64,000 bases of DNA, taken from Chrysomallon squamiferum. Its lineage: Eukaryota; Animalia; Mollusca. The stretch lies in assembly GCA_012295275.1 (NCBI GenBank), contig CM022677.1, positions 17,422,001 through 17,486,000 of the forward strand, written 5' to 3'. Shown piece by piece: positions 18,440-33,331 of the stretch. The first letter of the stretch is position 1, and each line of letters starts with the position of its first letter. The notes beneath the pieces were generated by a model that saw only the letters and a program-made list of their open reading frames with translations, was not told the DNA's origin and ran no database searches. Made by a program: the position numbers and the translations under genes.

Positions 18440-21080
18440 TGTTTATGGTGTCTATATTTCTGTGTGTCACATGATCTGTTTACTGTGTCTATATCTGTGT
18501 GTGTCACATTATGAATATATGTCTATATATATGTATATATATATATCTGTCTGAATGTTTATCTCATGTTTATGGTGTCTATATTTCTGTGTGTCACATG
18601 ATCTGTTTACTGTGTCTATATCTGTGTGTGTCACATTATTTGTCTATTCTGTCTATATTTCTGTGTGTCACATTATCTGTCTATTCTGTCTGTATCTGTG
18701 TGTGTCATATCATCTGTCTATTGTGTCTATATCTGTGTGTTTCACATTATCTGTCTATTGTGTCTATATCTGTGTGTGTCACATTATTTGTCTATTCTGT
18801 CCATATTTCTGTGTGTCACATTATCTGTCTATTGTGTCTATAATCTGTGTGTGTCACATTATCTGTCTATTCTGTCTATATCTCAGTGTGTCACATTATC
18901 TGTCTATTCTGTCTATATTTCTGTGTGTCCCATTATCTGTCTATATCTGTGTGTGTCATATCATCTGTCTATTGTTTCTATATCTGTGTGTGTCACATTA
19001 TTTGTCTATTCTGTCTATATTTCTGTGTGTCACATTATCTGTCTATTCTGTCTATATTTCTGTATGTCACATTATCTGTCTATTGAGTCTATATATGTGT
19101 GTGTCACATTATCTGTCTATTTTGTCTATATTTCTGTGTGTCACATTATCTGTCTATTCTGTCTATATCTCTGTGTGTCACATTATCTGTCTATTCTGTC
19201 TATATCTGTGTGTGTCATATTATCTGTCTATTGTGTCTATATATGTGTGTGTCACATTATCTGTCTATTGTGTCTATATCTGTGTGTCACATTATCTGTC
19301 TATTGTGTCTGTATCTGATTGTGTGTCATATTATATGTCTACTGTGTCTATATCTGTGTGTGTCATATTATTTGTCTATTCTGTCTATATCTCTGTGAGT
19401 CACATTATCTGTCTATTCTGTCTATATCTCTGTGTGTCACATTATCTGTCTATTCTGTCTATATCTCTGTGTGTCACATTATCTGTCTATTATGTCTATA
19501 TCTCTGTGTGTCACATTATCTGTCTATTCTGTCTATATCTCTGTGTCACATTATCTGCCTATTCTGTCTATAATCTCTGTGTGTCACATTATCTGTCTAT
19601 TCTGCCTATATCTCTGTGTCACATTATCTGTCTATTCTGTCTATATCTCTGTGTGTCACATTATCTGTCTATTCTGTCTATATTTCTATGTTTCACATTA
19701 TCTGTCTATTCTGTCTATATCTGTGTGTCACATTATCTGTCTATTCTGTCTATATCTCTGTGTGTCACATTATCTGTCTATTCTGTCTATATCTCTGTGT
19801 GTCACATTATCTGTCTATTCTGTCTATATTTCTATGTTTCACATTATCTGTCTATTCTGTCTATATCTCTGTGTGTCACATTATCTGTCTATTATGTCTA
19901 TATCTCTGTGTGTCACATTATCTGTCTATTCTGTCTATATCTCTGTGTCACATTATCTGTCTATTCTGTCTATATCTCTGTGTGTCACATTATCTGTCTA
20001 TTCTGCCTATATCTCTGTGTCACATTATCTGTCTATTCTGTCTATATTTCTGTGTGTCACATTATCTGTCTATTCTGTCTATATTTCTATGTTTCACATT
20101 ATCTGTCTATTCTGTCTATATCTGTGTGTCACATTATCTGTCTATTCTGCCTATATCTCTGTGTCACATTATCTGTCTATTCTGTCTATATCTCTGTGTG
20201 TCACATTATCTGTCTATTCTGTCTATATTTCTATGTTTCACATTATCTGTCTATTCTGTCTATATCTCTGTGTGTCACATTATCTGTCTATATCTCTGTG
20301 TGTCACATTATCTGTCTATTCTGTCTATATCTCTGTGTCACATTATCTGTCTATTCTGTCTATATCTCTGTGTGTCACATTATCTGTCTATGCTGCCTAT
20401 ATCTCTGTGTCACATTATCTGTCTATTCTGTCTATATCTCTGTGTGTCACATTATCTGTCTATTATGTCTATATCTCTGTGTGTCACATTATCTGTCTAT
20501 TCTGTCTATATCTGTGTGTCACATTATCTGTCTATTCTGTCTATATCTCAGTGTGTCACATTATCTGTCTATTCTGTCTATATCTCTGTGTGTCACATTA
20601 TCTGTCTATTCTGTCTATATCTCTGTGTGTCACATTATCTGTCTATTCTGTCTATATCTCAGTGTGTCACATTATCTGTCTATTCTGTCTATATTTCTGT
20701 GTGTCACATTATCTGTCTATTCTGTCTATATTTCTGTGTGTCACAGTATCTGTCTATTCCGTCTATATCTCTATGAGTCACATTATCTGTCTATTCTGTC
20801 TATATCTCTGTGAGTCACATTATCTGTCCATTCTGTGTGTCACATTATATGTCTATGCTGTCTATATTTCTGTCTGTCACATTATCTGTTTATTCTGTCT
20901 TTCTGTGTCTTTCACATCTGTCTATTGTATCTATATATGATTGTGTGTCATATTATCTGTCTATTCTGTCTATCTCTGATTGTGTTTCATAATAGCTGTC
21001 TATTCTGTCTATATCTGATTGTGTATCATTTCATCTGCCCATTCTGTCTAAATCTCTGTGTGTCACATTATCTGTCTATA
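18440..21080. repeat. ~35-37-bp satellite (TGTGTCACATTATCTGTCTATTCTGTCTATATCTC)n
   Basis: Direct inspection. The core is homogeneous and the edges are degenerate. Confidence 0.95.
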
Positions 21081-21754
21081 TCTCATTGTGTGCCATGTTA
21101 TATGTCTATTCTGCTATGTCTGTTTGTCCTATTATCTGTCGACATTTGCGTCATTATTTGTCTTTTTCTATATACCTGTGTATGTCATATTATCTCTCTA
21201 TTCTGTCTATATCTATGTATGTCATATTATTTGTATATTCTGTCTACATCCATATAAATTGTTTGTATTTGTGTATCCATGTCTATCTATCTATCTATCT
21301 ATGTGTGTATATATATATATATATATATGCCGTGTCATGTGTATATGTGTGTATATATCCATATATCTATATCTTTGTAGCTGTGGTTTATTTATGTAAA
21401 TCTGTTTGTATGTATGTGTATACATTAGCAGTTTTTGTGCATCTAAAATATAATTATCCATATATCCATTTGTATGCATTTGTCTATCCATCTAAATCTG
21501 CGTCTGTGTATCATTATGTCTGTTTGTGGTCTATGCAAACCTGTCTGTATCAATATGATCCATGTGTATCTGTTTATTTATTTAAAAAAATCGATTTGTA
21601 TTGGTTTATACATGTCCTTGTACAATTACAAACAGAAATAATAATTGCTTATTTTCTACGTGGTTAGCATGAGTTTCTTTATTAGTTTACATTTGAGTAG
21701 TTTCCAATAACACAGAAAACAAGGATATGTATATGTATATATGATATGCTTAAA

Positions 21755-24700
21755 TTAATTGTATTTAGCAAGCACAAGTTTCATTGGTTTATCTGGTTCA
21801 CACCCTCCACACCATCCTCCGCATAGAAGGGAGATAACTTTGCCATCGGTTGATTTACTAATCTCGGTAAAAGGTTTCCAACCAGTAGCAGACCAGGTAA
21901 GCTGTAAATAAAACAAAATCAGTGATGATGAAATACAAAAATTCGCATCATACTGCTAGACACAGACAGATACACATGATCACACAGACATATTCCAATA
22001 CACATGTAAACACAGATCGTATATCAATAAAGACGACACAGATATACATGACATTTTAGACACACAACTAGAGACAGATATACATGTCATTTTTAGACAC
22101 ACAAGTAGAGACACACATACATGACGCATATGCAGACACACAAGTAAAGACACACATACATGACACGTATGCAGACACACAAGTGGAGACAGTTATACAT
22201 GACATTTTAGACACACAACTAGAGAAAGATACACATGGCACTTCTATAGATACACAAGTAGAGACAGATATACTTGACACTTCTACAGACACACAAGTAG
22301 AGGCAGATATACATGACATTTTAGAAACACAAATAGAGAAAGATATACATGACACTTCTACAGTCACACAACTAGAGAAGATAGATATACATGACACTTC
22401 TACAGACATACAAGTAGAGACAGACATCCATGACACTTCTACAGTCACACAAGTAGAGACAGATATACATGACACTTCTACAGACACACAAGTAGAGACA
22501 GATATACATGACACTTCTACAGACATACAAGTAGAGACAGATATACATGAAAAGTATGCAGACACACAAGTAGAGACAGATAACATGACACTTCTACAGA
22601 CACACAAGTAGAGACAGATATACATGACACGTATACAGTCATACAAGTAGAGACAGATATACATGACACTTCTACAGACACACAAGTAGAAACAGATATA
22701 CATGACACTTCTACAGTCACACAAGTAGAGACAGATATACATGACACTTCTACAGTCACACAAGTAGAGACAGATATACATGACACTTCTACAGACATAC
22801 AAGTAGAGACAGATATACTTGACACTTCTACAGACACACAAGTAGAGACAGATATACATGACATTTTAGAAACACAAATAGAGAAAGATATACATGACAC
22901 GAATACAGAAACACAAGTAGAGACAGACATCCATGACACTTCTACAGTCACACAAGTAGAGACAGATATACATGACATTTTAGAAACACAAATAGAGAAA
23001 GATATACATGACACTTCTACAGTCACACAACTAGAGACAGATAGATATACATGACACTTCTAGAGACATAAGTTGAGATAGCTATACATGACACTTCTAC
23101 AGACACACAAGTAGAGACAGATATACATGACACGTATACAGTCATACAAGTAGATACAGATATACATGACACTTCTACAGACACACAAGTAGAAACAGAT
23201 ATACATGACACTTCTACAGTCACACAAGTAGAGACAGATAGATATACATGACACTTCTAGAGACATAAGTTGAGATAGCTATACATGACACGTATACAGA
23301 CACACAAGTAGAGACAGATATACATGACACTTCTACAGACACACAAGTAGAGACAGATATACATGACACTTCTACAGACACACCAGTAGAGACAGATTTA
23401 CATGACACTTCTACAGACACACAACTAGAGAAGATATACATGACAAGTATGCAGACACACAAGTAGAGACAGATATAGATGACACTTCTACAGACACACA
23501 AGTAGAGACAGATATACATGACACTTCTACAGACACACAAGTAGAGACAGATATACATGACAAGTATGGAGACACACAAGTAGAGACAGATATACGTGAC
23601 ACTTATACAGACACACAAATAGAGACAGATATACATGACAAGTATGGAGACACACAAGTAGAGACAGATATACGTGACACTTCTACAGACACACAAGTAG
23701 AGACAGATATACATGACACTTCTACAGACACACAAGTAGAGACAGATATACGTGACACTTCTACAGACACACAAGTAGAGACAGATATACATGACAAGTA
23801 TGGAGACACACAAGTAGAGACAGATATACGTGACACTTCTACAGACACACAAATAGAGACAGATATACATGACAAGTATGCAGAGACATAAGTAGAGACA
23901 GATATAGAGACAGATATGACACTTCTACAGACACACAAGTAGAGACAGATATACATGACAAGTATGGAGACACACAAGTAGAGACAGATATACGTGACAC
24001 TTCTACAGACACACAAATAGAGACAGATATACATGACAAGTATGGAGACACACAAGTAGAGACAGATATACGTGACACTTCTACAGACACACAAGTAGAG
24101 ACAGATATACATGACACTTCTACAGACACACAAATAGAGAAGATATACATGACAAGTATGCAGACACACAAGAGACAGATACAGATACAAAGATGACATG
24201 ACACTTCTACAGACACACAAGTAGAGACAGATATACATGACACTTCTACAGACACACAAGTAGAGACAGATATACATGACACTTCTACAGACACACAAGT
24301 AGAGACAGATATACATGACAAGTATGGAGACACACAAGTAGAGACAGATATAGATGACACTTCTACAGACAGATATACATGAGTAGAGACAGATAGAGAC
24401 AGATGACAAGTATGGAGACACACAAGTAGAGACAGATATACGTGACACTTCTACAGACACACAAGTAGAGACAGATATACATGACAAGTATGCAGACACA
24501 CAAGTAGAGACAGATATACGTGACACTTCTACAGACAGACAGATATACATGAAGTGGAGACACACAAGAGAGACAGATATACATGACACTTCTACAGACA
24601 CACAAGTAGAGACAGATATACATGACACTTCTACAGACACACAAATAGAGACAGATATACATGACAAGTATGGAGACACACAAGTAGAGACAGATATACG

Positions 24701-24987
24701 TGACACTTCTACAGACACACAAGTAGAGACAGATATACATGACACTTCTACAGACACACAAGTAGAGACAGATATACATGACAAGTATGCAGACACACAA
24801 GTAGAGACAGCTAGCATGGACAGATATATATCAATAAACAGGATAATTTTAGACGCACATACAGCAGTAAAACAAAAAAATTTAACGATGATGATGGTGA
24901 TGTCAAACTAATAATAATAATAATCACAGATAATTATAATGCTAATAATAACGACAATAACAAACAAACAACACCAACAACAACAAC

Positions 24988-25060
<73 letters not shown>

Positions 25061-26629
25061 ACGGTTAACACTCACAGTCGGATCTACTATGAATCCTGTA
25101 CCAGTTGTGTCGATGACGAAGTTGCCTTTGATGCCGCACGGTGCTTTGTTGCCATCGTTGTGGGTGGAGTAGCAGTCGTTTGCCTGGCCGTAAGGAACAG
25201 GTCTCCCTGTCGTGACAGCGAACGTGTAGTCAGTTCTGTCTACCGTCATAGTCTGAATTGTGACGTAATAATTATAAATAATACAAAATATAACACAGTA
25301 GTCAGTCCTGTCTACCGTCATAGTCTGAATTGTGACGTAATAATTATAAATAATACAAAATATAACACAGTAGTCAGTCCTGTCTACCGTCATTTGAAGT
25401 TGACGTAATAATTATAAATAATACAAAATATAACACAGTAGTCAGTCCTGTCTACCGACATAGTCTGAATTGTGACTGAATGTTGTAGTCAGTTCTGTCT
25501 ACCGTCATAGTCTGAATTGTGAAATTATAAAAATACAAAATATAACACAGTAGTCACTACCGGCATAGTCTGAATGTTGAAGTATTACAAAATATAACGC
25601 AATAGTCAGTCCAGTCTAACGTCATAGTCTGAATGTTTACGTAATAGTTATAAATAATACAAAATTTAACACAATAGTCAGTCCCATCTACCGTCATCTG
25701 AAGGATGAGATAATATTTTTAACGTAATAATTGAAAGGCAGTTCGATACTGTCTGAATACTGACGTAATGATTATAAATAATACAAAGTTATAAAACAAT
25801 AATCAGTTGCATCTACATTATAGTCTAAATGTTTACGTAATAATTACAAATAGTACAAAAGTATAACACACAGCAAAACAAATTATTTTGTCTATTTCTT
25901 TAGTAACAACGATTTCAAATATCTCGTAATTTTATTGAGTTATAAAATAAAAATCTGAGTTTACTATGTCTTGTTACTATTATCAAGTTACATCATATTC
26001 ACATTTTTTTTTTCCCATTAGACCATGATTATGGAAAAGATGAAGTATATATATATAACACAATGGTAATTAGATAATAACATCATCATCATCATCATCA
26101 TCAACAACAATAACAATGACGATGATGATCATCATGATTGCAGTAATAGTAATAAAAAGATATGACAAAGGCTACGACAGTGACTTAGTTTTCTATCACT
26201 AAACATCACTGGATTCTCACTCACAGATACGTCCACCCTGATCTTGTTGAACGTACTGCTTCCTGGACGGGCTGTTTCCGGGGCTGCTGTTTCGTCGTTG
26301 CAGTATAAGTTGCCGAGGTCGGGATATGTCCCAGAGTTCGGGACTTTGAGGGTCACGTACTCCGCGGGCGACGTGGCCATGTCGTGACAGTAGAACAATG
26401 CAGATTTACCACCGAGAGAGTCGGGGTAGAGGACGTAGTTGCCGTCCCGTGCAGCAAGAACCTTTGCCTTGAGGGTAGCACACGATTGTTTAGGGTCTGT
26501 TAACAAAACATTGATTTCTTTCATTAAAAATAGCTTCGAAAGAAGGTGTTTGTGCGTGTGTATGTATGTGTGTGTGTGGCTGTGTGTGTGTGTGCGTGTG
26601 TGTATGTGTTTCTGTGTGTCTGTGTGTCT

Positions 26630-26672
<43 letters not shown>

Positions 26673-26754
26673 TGTCTGTCATTTTCTAACATAATGAAAG
26701 TGTAACCCTGGTGTTTTTTGTATTTTAATATGATTAGGTATCTGTCTGTCTGTC

Positions 26755-26811
<57 letters not shown>

Positions 26812-26967
26812 ATATGCACAATGTATGAAGTGTTTGTAGGGTATTTTGGTACACATAATTCAGTGGTGTGAGAGTTTATAAAGTTAATTACTTGATTGAG
26901 TGCAAATCGGTTCAGCGGACACAGAGAAAACTGCTGCGAGAATCAATAAAACACAAAATCCTTCCAT
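21755..26967 (-). CDS. Secreted stand-alone GON-domain protein, paralog A (~223 aa, 4 coding exons)
   Basis: Minus-strand exons 26967-26892 (signal peptide MEGFCVLLILAAVFSVSA), 26496-26225, 25252-25076 and 21901-21755; GT-AG, phases 1/0/0. Motifs SC..., FYCHDMATSPAEYVTL, TFNKIRVD, TDYTFAVTTGRPVPYGQANDCYS, GNFVID, STDG..CGGWCGGCEP match the GON domain (PF08685) of ADAMTS9/20/GON-1 as I recall it. Confidence 0.88.
21960..24810. repeat. ~39-bp satellite (ACAGACACACAAGTAGAGACAGATATACATGACACTTCT)n inside intron 3 of GON paralog A
   Basis: Direct inspection, ~2.85 kb. Confidence 0.95.
25225..25870 (-). repeat. 72-bp tandem repeat of the exon-3 acceptor region of GON paralog A (about 2 intact units plus degenerate ones)
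   Basis: Units ...ATTATTACGTCACAATTCAG|ACTATGACGGTAGACAGGACTGACTAC. Acceptor AGs at 25253-54 and 25325-26, with decaying copies further out. Confidence 0.85.
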
Positions 26968-27067
26968 ATCCTGCATCTTAGTAATAAAAATAACAAAATC
27001 ACAATTTTACATCTGCTGCAGTGGTCACTGATTCATGTCTGATTAATCTTATCTTATTACAGTGTTT

Positions 27068-27169
<102 letters not shown>

Positions 27170-27197
27170 TTTCTATCTATCTATCTATCTATCTATC

Positions 27198-27311
<114 letters not shown>

Positions 27312-27561
27312 CAGGGACAGAGAGATGAATAATATCAGATATAGAATGATAAATAGTGAGATAATGTGAGAAATAGAATGATTAAAAAAAAAAAAAAAAA
27401 AAAAAAAGATTCACAGGCGTTAAGCCAAGTTCAACGATTCGAGTTAGAGGGAGAGAGAACATTCAAAACAGAAAACGTGAGACATAACGAATATTTTTTT
27501 TTCTAATTCATTATGCGTTTCTAGTTTGTATTTAAAACACAATTTAAATATTACAGTGTTT

Positions 27562-27689
<128 letters not shown>

Positions 27690-27874
27690 AATCTATCAGT
27701 ATATATATTTTCTATCTATCTATCATCTATATAAATATGTGTGTGTATATATATAAAACACAATTCAAATAAACGAAGTTTTACCATAAGCTCATCAAAA
27801 CATTTAATTATTTAATTTTAAGCATAACTGAAATGTATTATATTCATATCGTTTAAAATGTTACGAGAAACCAC

Positions 27875-27909
<35 letters not shown>

Positions 27910-28289
27910 AGTTTTCAAATAACAAAACGAAAAACACCTCTTCTCTATTAGATGTTTATTTTAAATAAAACGATGAACAAGAAACAGATTCACAGATGCA
28001 AAGCTAAATTTTACAGTTAGAGGGAGAGAACATTAAAAAAAGAAGACATGTGAGATATACCGAATATTTTTTAAATTCATTAAACGTTTCTATTCTCTAT
28101 TTAAAACACCAATTTAAATAAACGAAGTTTTACAATAACTTCATAAAATTTCAAAACTAATAGAAATTGTGGTGTCATTTAATTATTTTAACTGTAAACG
28201 TAAATGAAAACAAAACGATGCAATGTGAAAAATGTATTTGCAACTACAACAGTTTCTTTCTAGACAGAACAAGTGACAGAAAGAACGAT

Positions 28290-28367
<78 letters not shown>

Positions 28368-28759
28368 TCAGAAGGAGAGATAGAATGATGGAGAGTGAAA
28401 TAAAGACAAATCGACATAGAAAATATACTTTGTGAAAAGAAAAAATATTCGCCATTTTTCTGTTAACACTGACATGTATTATAGTTAAATCATTTAATTT
28501 TTCAGAGAACCCACAGACAGACAGACAGACAGACGTATACTCACATAAGCTTACAAAGAACAAAACGAAAAACCCTTCTTCGCTATCAGATGCTTATTTT
28601 CAGAGTAAATTAACAGACGTTCGTTCGACCACTTAACCACTGTTATCTAGTCCGGTTATCAATTTCTGTGATTGAAAATATTTTAATATTATATTTATTT
28701 GATTTGCTAACAGCGGTCATACAGTTTTTATCTAGTGTAAATATGTTGTATTACCTTGG

Positions 28760-30828
28760 ATATAGTCATTTGACCTAATGCCATCAGATGTTTGGCCTAA
28801 ATGACTAAACTTTCCAGGAGTTAGGCCAAACGACTGAAATACGCATTCTAGTCATTAGGCAAAATGACAGAATGAAAAAGAATGACCTGTAATTGCAAGA
28901 AAACATTTATTTCGAAACACATCAAGTAGTGTTCTATTTATTACAAACTATTACAGTTCAAACTTGAGTGACGTCTTGAATTGCACCAAAAATTGTTCTG
29001 GTAACATTTGTACTCCCCACAAAGTTGCTTTTCACAAACCCTTGTCCTCCTGCGGATGATTCCTTTCACACTGCTGCTCTAAGAGACATTGTGCATTCTG
29101 TGTTCACATAATCTAACAACAGCAGTCTCTTAGGATATACGTCAAACTGGTTCCTGGAATATTTGACTTTCAGAATTCCGAACGGGCATGCTATGGTATA
29201 CTGAGAATACAGAATTTGGTCAAAAGATCCTGGTAAACCGTGATCTACTTGTACAATTCCACTGGGTAATGACTGCATGGCCACAAGATCCACTTGACCA
29301 CGTGACGAAAAACTCCTTTATCAGAGCAGGTTGGACCGCTACTCTTTTTGCCTCTTGCGGTTCTGTTTGACAGTCCATGCAGTGAAGTAATCCAGAACCT
29401 TCACGTGTCTCATTAACATATTTTTTGGATATTTCTTTCAGAACCTGTTCACGTCCACACTGGTCTGTTCAGACGCGTGGCCGCTTTATGACGTCAAAGG
29501 TGTGTCGTCAATGGAAACGAAGTACAAAGGAGAGTCTTCGTCTGTTTGTCGCTTCTTTGTCAGTTTCTGCTCGTCTCCACACTGAAGAATTTCAAACATG
29601 GACGTGAGGTAGTAAGTACTCCTGGTGGGTTTTCTTCGTGGGGTCAAAAGAGATTTTCTTTAGCTGATCCTTAATGAAGAATTACTCTTCCCTTGAAATG
29701 TACACTCTTTTGCAGGCTTCATATTTCTTTAACAGTTCTCTCTTAAAGCGATCTTCTGCAGGAACCTCCATGGCGGACACATAAATGATATCTGAATGTG
29801 ATCAGGAGCTAAAGCATTTGATACTAACACTGGAGAATGAAGCCAGTGCCCAAATTAATGAGATGTTTTTTGTTTGTTTGTTTGTTTTTTGTTTGGGATT
29901 TTTTTGAGGATTAAACATGAACTTGAAATCTGAATAGGTAAGTTGTAGACTTTCAGATTTAAAAATCATTGGTCTTCGTTGTAAGAATAACACTAGAACT
30001 ATGTCTAATTGGTCTTTGAATTGTGTGAATTTTTTTAGGAAAACTTTATATAATTTTGGGATTGGTATACAAACGGATAGAGCAGGATCAGATTAATTAA
30101 AATACAATTTTTTTTTTTTGTGCATAATTAAGCAAATAATATATGACCAAGCACGGAAGAATCTTTCAATTCAGCTAAATACATCTGTGAAATGTGACAA
30201 ATTATAAAAATGCATTACAGATAGTGAAACAGTTCAGTTTTATTTCGTTAAATCTATGCCTGTGATTTATAAAAGACACTTAATAAAAGTCAGGCTAACT
30301 GCACATCAGCTGGCAATTGAGAATGGGAGATACAGGAATACTGAGAGAGTAGAAAGAATATGTATGCTATGTAACAGTGGTGAGATTCAAGATGAGACTG
30401 AAAATAATAAATCACTCTGTAATTTGGGAAAATATTTCTTTAAAGCATTTCAGTATAGAAATTTTGATTAGTTAGATAATTTATATTCTCCAAACATTTA
30501 TTTTTTATCAGACTGTCACTATTTGTATTTCTTTCAATTTTTATTACTGACATTCTATATCATTAAGCTGTAAAGCTTACGATAATAATGAATTGTACTG
30601 AACCACTAATCCTTACAATGATGTAAGCAAAGCATTAAACCGATTTGACTTATTGCATTAATTACTATCAGGCAGATTGTCAAACAACACCAAACAAAAT
30701 CCAGTCATTTGGCCTAATTCCTGGAAGTTGTAGTCATTAGGTCTAATGTCTGACAGTCTTGGGCATTAGGCTAAATAAACATTTCAGTCATTAGGCCAAA
30801 TGATCAGTTTGATATATTGACTGTAACA
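28760..30828 (-). mobile_element. Decayed, internally deleted Ginger2/TDD-like (KRBA2/SCAND3-type integrase) DNA transposon
   Basis: Imperfect inverted repeats at ~28765-28870 and ~30700-30805 (CAGTCATTTGGCCTAA..CCTGGAA..AGTCATT.GG); right end ...TGTAACA. Broken minus-strand coding remnants: N-terminal-like FKRELLKKY..SREE*..KKTHQEYLL (~29600-29780) and C-terminal GILKVKYSRNQF..MSLRAAV*KESSAGGQGFVKS..CNSRRHSSLNC (~28950-29290). No DDE core seen. Confidence 0.65.
30120..30600 (+). mobile_element. 3' fragment of a non-LTR retrotransposon (LINE ORF2 C-terminus, RTE-X/L2/CR1-like) nested in the DNA transposon
   Basis: ORF 30256-30471 contains RLTAHQLAIENGRYRNTERVERICMLCNSGEIQDE, the typical C-terminal Cys-motif region of invertebrate LINE ORF2. 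Confidence 0.75.
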
Positions 30829-30934
30829 CGTAGACCGATAGGAAGAATCTAAATGTTTTCATTGTCATTATCTTTGTACTTATTAATATCATTATTATCA
30901 TCATTACAAGGGATGATTATTACTATTATTATTA

Positions 30935-30990
<56 letters not shown>

Positions 30991-31058
30991 TGTTTTATTA
31001 TCATTATTATTATTATTATCATCATTACTAGGGATGATGATTATTACTAGTAGTAGTT

Positions 31059-31106
<48 letters not shown>

Positions 31107-31215
31107 ATAGTATCACTGTTCTTTATTTAGCTTCATTCACTATCTCGTCATCTATATATAAATTTTTAAAGTAAAAGTTATAAAATGAGCCCAAGAAGAC
31201 CTCACACACACACAT

Positions 31216-31330
<115 letters not shown>

Positions 31331-31609
31331 AAGTTTTGTTATAAATAAATAAATAAATTCACATTCACTACATTTTAATAATTTTCCCATAGCTCAGTTA
31401 GGAGTAAAACTGTTTTATTTGAACATATCCAGCTATAAACAGAATATAAAAAGAAAAAACAAAAGTTACATTTATTCAATAATTGCAACACACCATACCA
31501 TTTTATGATGATTAATATAAATATAATATATCTGACTTAAAATTTCTCTGTTGAACTTGTCATACCAGCTTTACTGATGTACAATTCTAACAACTTCAGA
31601 AACGTTATT

Positions 31610-31725
<116 letters not shown>

Positions 31726-31811
31726 AAATAGTTTGCAGTTAAATATTTTCCAATAAAACAGAAAACAAGGAGACTGTATATTTATGATATGTTTAAATCA
31801 ATTATTGTTTT

Positions 31812-32205
31812 TCATGGCTGAGCAAGCACAAGTTTCATTGGTTTATCTGGTTCACATCCACCACACCATCCTCCGCATAGAAGGGAGATAACTTTGCCAT
31901 CGGTTGATTTACTAACCTCGGCAAAAGGATTCCAACCAGTAGCAGACCACGTAAGCTGTAAATAAACAAAATCAGCGTAAAGAAGATAAATAATAAAAGA
32001 TGATGATGATAAGAAACAAAATAAAAGAAGTACACATGGACAAAATATATACCAAAGATGATGATGACAGAAGTAGAGACAGATATGATGGACAAAGAGA
32101 TTATAATAATAAAACACAGAATAATAAATAATGTTAATATAGTAGTAACAATAATAATGATAATAACAACAAAAACAATAATAACAAAAAACAACAACAA
32201 CAACC

Positions 32206-32239
<34 letters not shown>

Positions 32240-33299
32240 CAACAACAACAACAACAATAACAATGACGACGACAACAACAACAGCAACAATAATAATTAC
32301 GGCTTAACACTCACAGTTGGGTCTACCACGAATGGTGTATCAGTTGTGTCGATGACGAAGTTGCCTTTGATGCCGCACGGTGCTTTGTTGCCACCGTAGT
32401 GGATGGAGTAGCAGTCACTTGCCTCACCGTAAGGAACGGGTTTCCCTGTCGTGACAGCGAACGTGTAGTCAGTTCTGTCTACCGTCATAGTCTGAATTGT
32501 GACGTAATAATTATAAATAATACAAAATATAACACAGTAGTCAGTTCTGTCTACCGTGAAGTCTGAATTGTGACGTAATAATTATAAATAATACAAAATA
32601 TAACACAGTAGTCAGTCCTGTCTACCGTCATAGTCTGAATTGTGACGTAATAATTATAAATAATACAAAATATAACACAGTAGTCAGTCCTGTCTACCGT
32701 CATAATGTTGACGTAATAATTATAAATAATACAAAATATAACACAATAGTCAGTCCTGTCTACCGTCATAGTCTGAATGTTGACGTAATAATTATAAATA
32801 ATACAAAATATAACACAGTAGTCAGTCCTGTCTACCGTCATAGTCTGAATGTTGACGTAATAATTATAAATAATACAAAATATAACACAGTAGTCAGTCC
32901 TGTCTGAATGTTGTAAATAATACGAAATATAATACAAGGTCAGTCGAATCTATCGTCATAGTCTAAACGATGACAATAACATTTTGAACGTAATTAAAAG
33001 CAGCTTGATATAACTGTAATAGTTTGAATACTGACGTAATAATTATAAATAGTACAAAAGTACAACACAGTGTCAACGATAGCGTAAAGCAGATTAATTT
33101 CTATAGTAACAACGATTTCAAATATCTCGTATTTTTACTGAGTTATAAAATAAAAACCTCAGTTTAGTATATTATCAAGTTACATCATAGTCATATTTTT
33201 TCCCATTAGACCGGGATTATGAAAAGATGAAGTATATCACAATGGTAATTAGATAGCAACATCATCATCATCATCATCAACAAGAACAAGGACAACCCT

Positions 33300-33331
<32 letters not shown>

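Noticed and set aside
18499-24911. Long ORFs in the 35-bp and 39-bp arrays
   Set aside because: Satellite artefacts; the 39-bp array lies inside an intron.
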